Assembly: GCA_945949485.1 (NCBI GenBank)
Contig: CAMFER010000042.1
Location: forward strand, 1-10,289
Source of the DNA: an uncultured Clostridium sp.
GTDB lineage: Bacteria > Bacillota > Clostridia > TANB77 > CAG-508
Length of the DNA stretch: 10,289 bases
Direction of reading: 5' to 3'
The translations under genes were made by a program, and so were the position numbers. The notes under the pieces were generated by a model. It was not told the origin of the DNA and ran no database searches. It was given only the letters and a program-made list of their open reading frames with translations. Numbering within the stretch: position 1 is the first letter of the stretch; every line of letters begins with the position of its first letter. This document shows, piece by piece, positions 6,087 to 10,289 of this stretch.

Positions 6087-7089
6087 ATGGCTAATGAAAT
6101 TTTAAATTCTTTATTAAAAGAATATGAGCAAAAAAAATTAAAAGCTGAATTAGACCTAGAAAAGAGAAAAGATGATTTATATAATAGAATTCCTCGTTTA
6201 AAACAAATTGAAAATGAATTAAATACCTTTGCTATCTCAAAAGCAAAAGAAATATTAAGAAATGGACCACAGTCATTAAAAGATTTAGAATATAAAATAG
6301 CTATATTAAAGAAAGAAAAAGAAGATATTTTAAAAGAAAATAATATATCTACAGATTATTTAAAGCCTTTTTATGAATGTAACCTTTGCAATGATACTGG
6401 ATATATTATGGATGATAACTTCAAAACCACAATGTGTAGTTGTCTAAAACAAAAGTTATTAAATTTTTCTTTCAATAAATCAAATATGTTCAATCTAGAA
6501 AAAGAAAACTTTTCTACATTTAATGACAGTTTATTTTCTGATGAAGTTGATGTGGCAAAATATAGATTTAATATTTCTCCAAGAAAAAATATTAATAATA
6601 TTAAAGAACAATGTATTAAATTTGTTGAAAATTTTGATGACACTTCTACTAAAAATTTATTGTTTTCCGGAAACACTGGTTTACGGTAAGACTTTTATGT
6701 CAAACTGTATTGCTAAAGAAATCTTAAAAAAAGGAAAAACTGTTTTATACCAAACAGCTCCTATACTCCTTGAAAGCGTAATAGATTATAAGTTTGGAAA
6801 GCAAAAAAACGAATCAGATAATATCTATAAATCTGTTTTAGATGCAGATTTACTTATCATTGATGATTTAGGGACCGAATCTATGAATACAGCAAAATTA
6901 TCAGAACTTTTTAATATATTAAATGCAAGAATATTAAATCAAAAAAAGAAAACAATAATCTCAACTAATTTAAATATTAATGATATTTTTAATAATTATG
7001 AAGAAAGAATTGGTTCTAGAATTGTTGGATATTATGACATTTTTTGTTTCTTTGGAGATGATATAAGATTCAAGAAAAAATTTATATAA
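6087..7089 (+). pseudogene. DnaI/DnaC-like AAA+ helicase loader, reading frame interrupted by a 1-nt insertion inside Walker A
   Basis: ATG 6087 (MANEILNS...) lies 5 nt after AAGGAGG; the 6063 ATG in the ORF track overlaps the upstream gene and has no RBS. The N-terminal part has a Cys cluster, CNLCNDTGYI...MCSC, the zinc module typical of DnaI. Frame 1 ends ...LLFSGNTGLR* at 6689. Frame 2 continues GKTFMSNCIAKEILKKGKTVLY..., with Walker B LLIIDDLGTE and sensor IISTNL. Deleting one base at about 6684 (GGT TTA [C] GGT AAG ACT) restores a canonical GNTGLGKTF P-loop. Confidence 0.75.
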
Positions 7090-7093
7090 AAGT

Positions 7094-7126
7094 AAAAAGA
7101 AAACAGCTGTAAACTGTTTTCTTTTT
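7094..7126. terminator. Bidirectional rho-independent terminator shared by the convergent helicase-loader gene and gyrA
   Basis: 13-bp inverted repeat, AAAAAGAAAACAG (7094-7106) pairing with CTGTTTTCTTTTT (7114-7126), 7-nt loop, with A-run and T-run on the two sides. It lies between the stop at 7089 and the gyrA stop at 7131. Confidence 0.65.
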
Positions 7127-7130
7127 TATT

Positions 7131-9602
7131 TTATAATTTTATTTGTCCATTGTCTATGTCTTCCATATCTGGTTTTAAAGTTTCTATACTTACTACTTTT
7201 CCACCATCATTTGTTCTCATTAATGTCACACCTTGTGTTGATCTTCCTAGAACACTTATATCTTTAACATTTATTCTTATTATTGTTCCTTTATCTGTTA
7301 TTAGCATTACATCATCATCTTCAGTTGCAATTCTAACTCCAACTAATTTTCCAGTTTTTTGAGTTATTTTATATGTTATAACTCCTTTTCCACCTCTGAT
7401 TTGTACTCTGTATTCATCAAGTTCTGTTCTTTTTCCAAATCCATTTTCTGTAATAGCTAATAATGTTGCTTTTCCTCCAGTAATAACAGATTCCATTCCA
7501 ATAACTTCATCATCTTTGTCTAATCTAATACCGATAACACCCTGTGCAACTCTACCTATTGGTCTAACATCTTTTTCATCAAATGTAATACACATACCAT
7601 TTCTTGTAACTAATACTACATTATCTTGTCCATCTGTTAATCTAACAGCTATTAATTCATCTTCATCTTTTAATGTTATTCCTTGTAATCCAGTTTTTCT
7701 TGTTGTATCATATTCTTTTAATGCTGTTTTCTTGATTAAACCATTTTTTGTTGCCATAAGTAGATATTTTCCTTCAGCAAAGTTTTGTAATGGTATAACT
7801 GCTGATACTTTTTCACCTGGATCTAAACTTAATAAGTTAACTATTGCAGTTCCTCTTGCTGTTCTTCCAGCCTCAGGTATTTCATATCCTCTTAGTTTAT
7901 ATAATTTACCTTTATTTGTGAAGAATAATATCATATCATGTGTAGATGCTGTAAATATCTCTTTTACAAAGTCATCTTCTCTTGTTGCTATTCCTGTAAT
8001 TCCTTTTCCGCCTCTTCTTTGGCTTCTATATGTATCTATTGGCATTCTTTTAATATATCCAAAGTGTGTTAAAGCAACTACTGATTGTTCTTCTTTTATT
8101 AAGTCTTCAATATCTATTTCGCCTTCTTGTGCTACTATCTTAGTTTTTCTATCATCTCCAAATTTATCTCTTATTTCTAATAATTCTTCTTTAATAATAT
8201 CAAATACTAATTTTTCGCTTGCAAGAATTGCTCTTAAATGTTCTATTAATTCCATTAATTGCTTATATTCTTCGTCTATTTTTTCTCTTTGCAATCCTGA
8301 TAAAGTCTTTAATCTCATATCTAAAATTGCTTGAGCTTGTATATCAGATAAACCAAATCTTTCCATCAATCTTTCTTTTGCATCATCATATGCTGAACGA
8401 ATAATGTTTATTACTTCGTCAATATTGTCTAATGCTATCTTTAATCCCTCTAATATATGAGCTCTAGCTAATGCTTTATCTAGGTCAAATTGTGTTCTTC
8501 TTAATATAACATCTTTTCTATGGTCTATATAACAATCTAAACATTGTCTTAGTGTTAATACTTTTGGTTCTCCATTAACTAACGCAAGCATAATTATTCC
8601 AAATGTTGTTTGCATTTGTGTATGCTTGAACAACTGATTTAATACTACTTGTGCATTAGCATCTCTTTTTAATTCAATAACTACTCTAACTCTATCTTTT
8701 CTATCTGATTCATCTCTACATTCAGAAATTCCTTCTACTTTTTTCTCTTTTGATAGTTCAGATATATTTTTTATAAGGTTAGCTTTATTTACTTGATATG
8801 GTAAAGAAGAAACAATTATTCTTTGTCTGTTTCCACTCATTTCTTCTATTTCTGTTTCTGCTCTTAAAATTATTTTTCCTTTACCTGTTTTATATGCTTG
8901 TTTAATTCCTTCTATTCCAAGAATTAATCCTTCTGTTGGAAAATCAGGTCCTTTTATTACAGACATTAAATCTTCATCTGAAACTTCATCTTCATCTATT
9001 ATTTTTATAATACCATCTATTACTTCTCTTAAGTTATGTGGTGGTATATTTGTTGCCATACCTACAGCAATTCCTGATGAACCATTTATTAAAAGTTCTG
9101 GTAATCTTGCTGGTAAAACTGTTGGTTCTTGCAATCTGTCATCATAGTTTGGCATGAAGTCAACTGTATTTTTCTCTATATCTGATAACATATATTCTGA
9201 TATTTTTGCCATTCTTGCTTCTGTATACCTCATTGCTGCTGCTCCGTCACCATCAACAGAACCAAAATTTCCATGTCCATCAATTAACATATATCTCATT
9301 GAGAAATCTTGAGCCATTCTTACCATTGCATCATATACAGAACTGTCTCCATGTGGATGATATCTACCTAAAACAGAACCTACTGTATTTGCACATTTTC
9401 TGTATGGTTTATCTGCTGTAATTCCATCTTCATGCATAGCATAAAGAATTCTTCTATGAACAGGTTTTAAACCATCTCTTACATCTGGAAGAGCTCTAGA
9501 TACAATAACACTCATGGCATAATCTATGTATGCTGTTCTCATTTCTTTTTCGATGTCTCTTTCGATTATTTTTCCGTCAAATCTTTCTTGTCTTTCTTCC
9601 AT
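7131..9602 (-). CDS. gyrA: DNA gyrase subunit A
   Basis: 823-aa ORF with [32 protein letters not shown], the [21 protein letters not shown], the catalytic-Tyr region [11 protein letters not shown], and [14 protein letters not shown]. The C-terminal beta-pinwheel domain carries the GyrA box QRRGGKG, which distinguishes GyrA from ParC. GAGGG RBS 6 nt upstream of the ATG. Confidence 0.97.
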   Translation of the reverse strand: MEERQERFDGKIIERDIEKEMRTAYIDYAMSVIVSRALPDVRDGLKPVHRRILYAMHEDGITADKPYRKCANTVGSVLGRYHPHGDSSVYDAMVRMAQDFSMRYMLIDGHGNFGSVDGDGAAAMRYTEARMAKISEYMLSDIEKNTVDFMPNYDDRLQEPTVLPARLPELLINGSSGIAVGMATNIPPHNLREVIDGIIKIIDEDEVSDEDLMSVIKGPDFPTEGLILGIEGIKQAYKTGKGKIILRAETEIEEMSGNRQRIIVSSLPYQVNKANLIKNISELSKEKKVEGISECRDESDRKDRVRVVIELKRDANAQVVLNQLFKHTQMQTTFGIIMLALVNGEPKVLTLRQCLDCYIDHRKDVILRRTQFDLDKALARAHILEGLKIALDNIDEVINIIRSAYDDAKERLMERFGLSDIQAQAILDMRLKTLSGLQREKIDEEYKQLMELIEHLRAILASEKLVFDIIKEELLEIRDKFGDDRKTKIVAQEGEIDIEDLIKEEQSVVALTHFGYIKRMPIDTYRSQRRGGKGITGIATREDDFVKEIFTASTHDMILFFTNKGKLYKLRGYEIPEAGRTARGTAIVNLLSLDPGEKVSAVIPLQNFAEGKYLLMATKNGLIKKTALKEYDTTRKTGLQGITLKDEDELIAVRLTDGQDNVVLVTRNGMCITFDEKDVRPIGRVAQGVIGIRLDKDDEVIGMESVITGGKATLLAITENGFGKRTELDEYRVQIRGGKGVITYKITQKTGKLVGVRIATEDDDVMLITDKGTIIRINVKDISVLGRSTQGVTLMRTNDGGKVVSIETLKPDMEDIDNGQIKL

Positions 9603-9638
9603 TGTTTTCCCTCTTTTCCTTTATTTTTCTACATGTGT

Positions 9639-9667
9639 ATTATACTAAAACTAACTAAAATTTGCAA
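9639..9667 (-). promoter_or_regulatory. SigA-type promoter of gyrA
   Basis: On the minus strand: -35 TTGCAA (9667-9662), 17-nt spacer, consensus -10 TATAAT (9644-9639), about 35 nt upstream of the gyrA ATG. Confidence 0.6.
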
Positions 9668-9673
9668 GTAAAA

Positions 9674-9723
9674 AGCAAGAAAAAGTTTAGGGATTAGCAC
9701 TTTTTCCCATACTTTTTCTTGCT
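9674..9723 (-). terminator. Rho-independent terminator ending the upstream two-gene unit
   Basis: Perfect 13-bp inverted repeat, AGCAAGAAAAAGT (9674-9686) pairing with ACTTTTTCTTGCT (9711-9723). The loop has an inner GGGA/TCCC pairing. On the minus strand it is followed by TTTTAC and then directly by the gyrA -35 element. Confidence 0.55.
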
Positions 9724-9748
9724 CAATTTTTTTAATATTTTTTCTATT

Positions 9749-10021
9749 CTACTTTAGGCAATTTATCATTAAATTTATACCATCTATAACACCTTGTTTA
9801 TACAGTTCTTTTAGATATTCACCTATCCTTATGTTATAGTTTTCCTCTACAATTTCTAATATTTTTTCTACTTCACTTTCGTTATTTATATTAGTATAAT
9901 TAATATCTTTTATTTTATATTCTATTTTCCTATCTGCTTCTCTTATTTTTTCATTTATTATATCTTCTTGAGATTTATATAATTTTTCTATCATATCTTT
10001 ATTTATTAATTTATCTTCCAT
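9749..10021 (-). CDS. Hypothetical small acidic/Lys-rich, probably helical protein
   Basis: 90-aa ORF with an AGAGG RBS and host-like codon usage. It is followed by a terminator. I recognise no motif. Confidence 0.5.
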   Translation of the reverse strand: MEDKLINKDMIEKLYKSQEDIINEKIREADRKIEYKIKDINYTNINNESEVEKILEIVEENYNIRIGEYLKELYKQGVIDGINLMINCLK

Positions 10022-10037
10022 AAATATACCTCTTTAC

Positions 10038-10289
10038 TTATATTTTTTCTATAAAATCAGCTTCTATTTCCATCATATTATTTAATCTTCCTTGTATATA
10101 AATATTATCTCCTATTTTTAAGTTTCTATAACAATAATCTGCTATTTCATTATATCCTTTTACTGTTACTATACTTTTGTTATTTAATTGAATTTTATAT
10201 ACACTAATTGATGTTTTATTTTTGTTATTCATTATAAATTTAAAATCTATATCACTTATTATTTTTCCGTACAAAAAACAAATATTCAT
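10038..10289 (-). CDS. Hypothetical small protein, possibly OB-fold/SSB-like; its ATG sits on the last bases of the window, so the N-terminus may extend beyond it
   Basis: 83-aa ORF. The pattern FLYGKIISDIDFKF...VKGYNEIADYCYRNLKIGDNIYIQGRL is reminiscent of beta-rich OB-fold SSB-like proteins. It lies 16 nt upstream of the 90-aa ORF on the same strand. The fold assignment is a guess. Confidence 0.4.
   Translation of the reverse strand: MNICFLYGKIISDIDFKFIMNNKNKTSISVYKIQLNNKSIVTVKGYNEIADYCYRNLKIGDNIYIQGRLNNMMEIEADFIEKI

Noticed and set aside
6523-6696. Treating 6523..7089 as an independent 188-aa gene
   Set aside because: Its first ~55 codons are an out-of-frame reading of the loader N-domain. 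Meaningful AAA+ sequence begins only at GKTF (about 6685), directly continuing the upstream frame's P-loop. It is therefore the downstream half of one frameshifted gene.
7516-8334. 272-aa plus-strand ORF, plus smaller ones at 7150..7362, 8219..8404 and 9206..9421, antisense to gyrA
   Set aside because: These are shadow ORFs on the opposite strand of a strongly supported, conserved CDS. Their translations are low-complexity Ser/Leu/Ile/Asn-rich, with no RBS and no recognisable motifs.
9330-9350. gyrA QRDR checked for fluoroquinolone-resistance substitutions
   Set aside because: The codons give [10 protein letters not shown]. Ser and Asp occupy the positions equivalent to E. coli S83 and D87, which is the susceptible wild-type pattern.
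1-10289. CRISPR arrays, IS elements or transposases, and tandem repeats
   Set aside because: Reading both strands, I found no regularly spaced direct repeats, no terminal inverted repeats flanking an ORF, and no transposase- or integrase-like translation.

Overview
Very AT-rich window with Firmicutes/Clostridia-like gene content and signals, and it looks chromosomal. On the minus strand, left to right: a GC-rich fragment at the window edge, an SDR (FabG-like) oxidoreductase, a tRNA-Lys/Glu/Thr operon with a near-consensus promoter, and a small DUF1858-type redox-disulfide protein. The centre holds a tightly coupled plus-strand four-gene operon (about 1725-4999). It reads as the front end of a Gram-positive type IV secretion/conjugation module: a VirD4/TraG-like coupling ATPase, a VirB2/TrbC-like signal-peptide protein, a VirB6/TrbL-like polytopic membrane protein and a PrgI/VirB3-like protein. 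It stops cleanly, with no VirB4 ATPase, relaxase or cell-wall hydrolase in the window. A separately promoted pair follows: a DnaD/DnaB(Bsu)-family replication initiation protein and a DnaI/DnaC-like helicase loader. The loader's reading frame is broken by one extra base inside the Walker A motif. A shared hairpin terminator separates it from a convergent full-length gyrA carrying the GyrA box. gyrA has its own consensus promoter and is preceded by a terminator and two small unknown genes, not by gyrB. No CRISPR array, IS element, integrase or rRNA was seen. All family assignments come from motif reading by eye, not from database searches.
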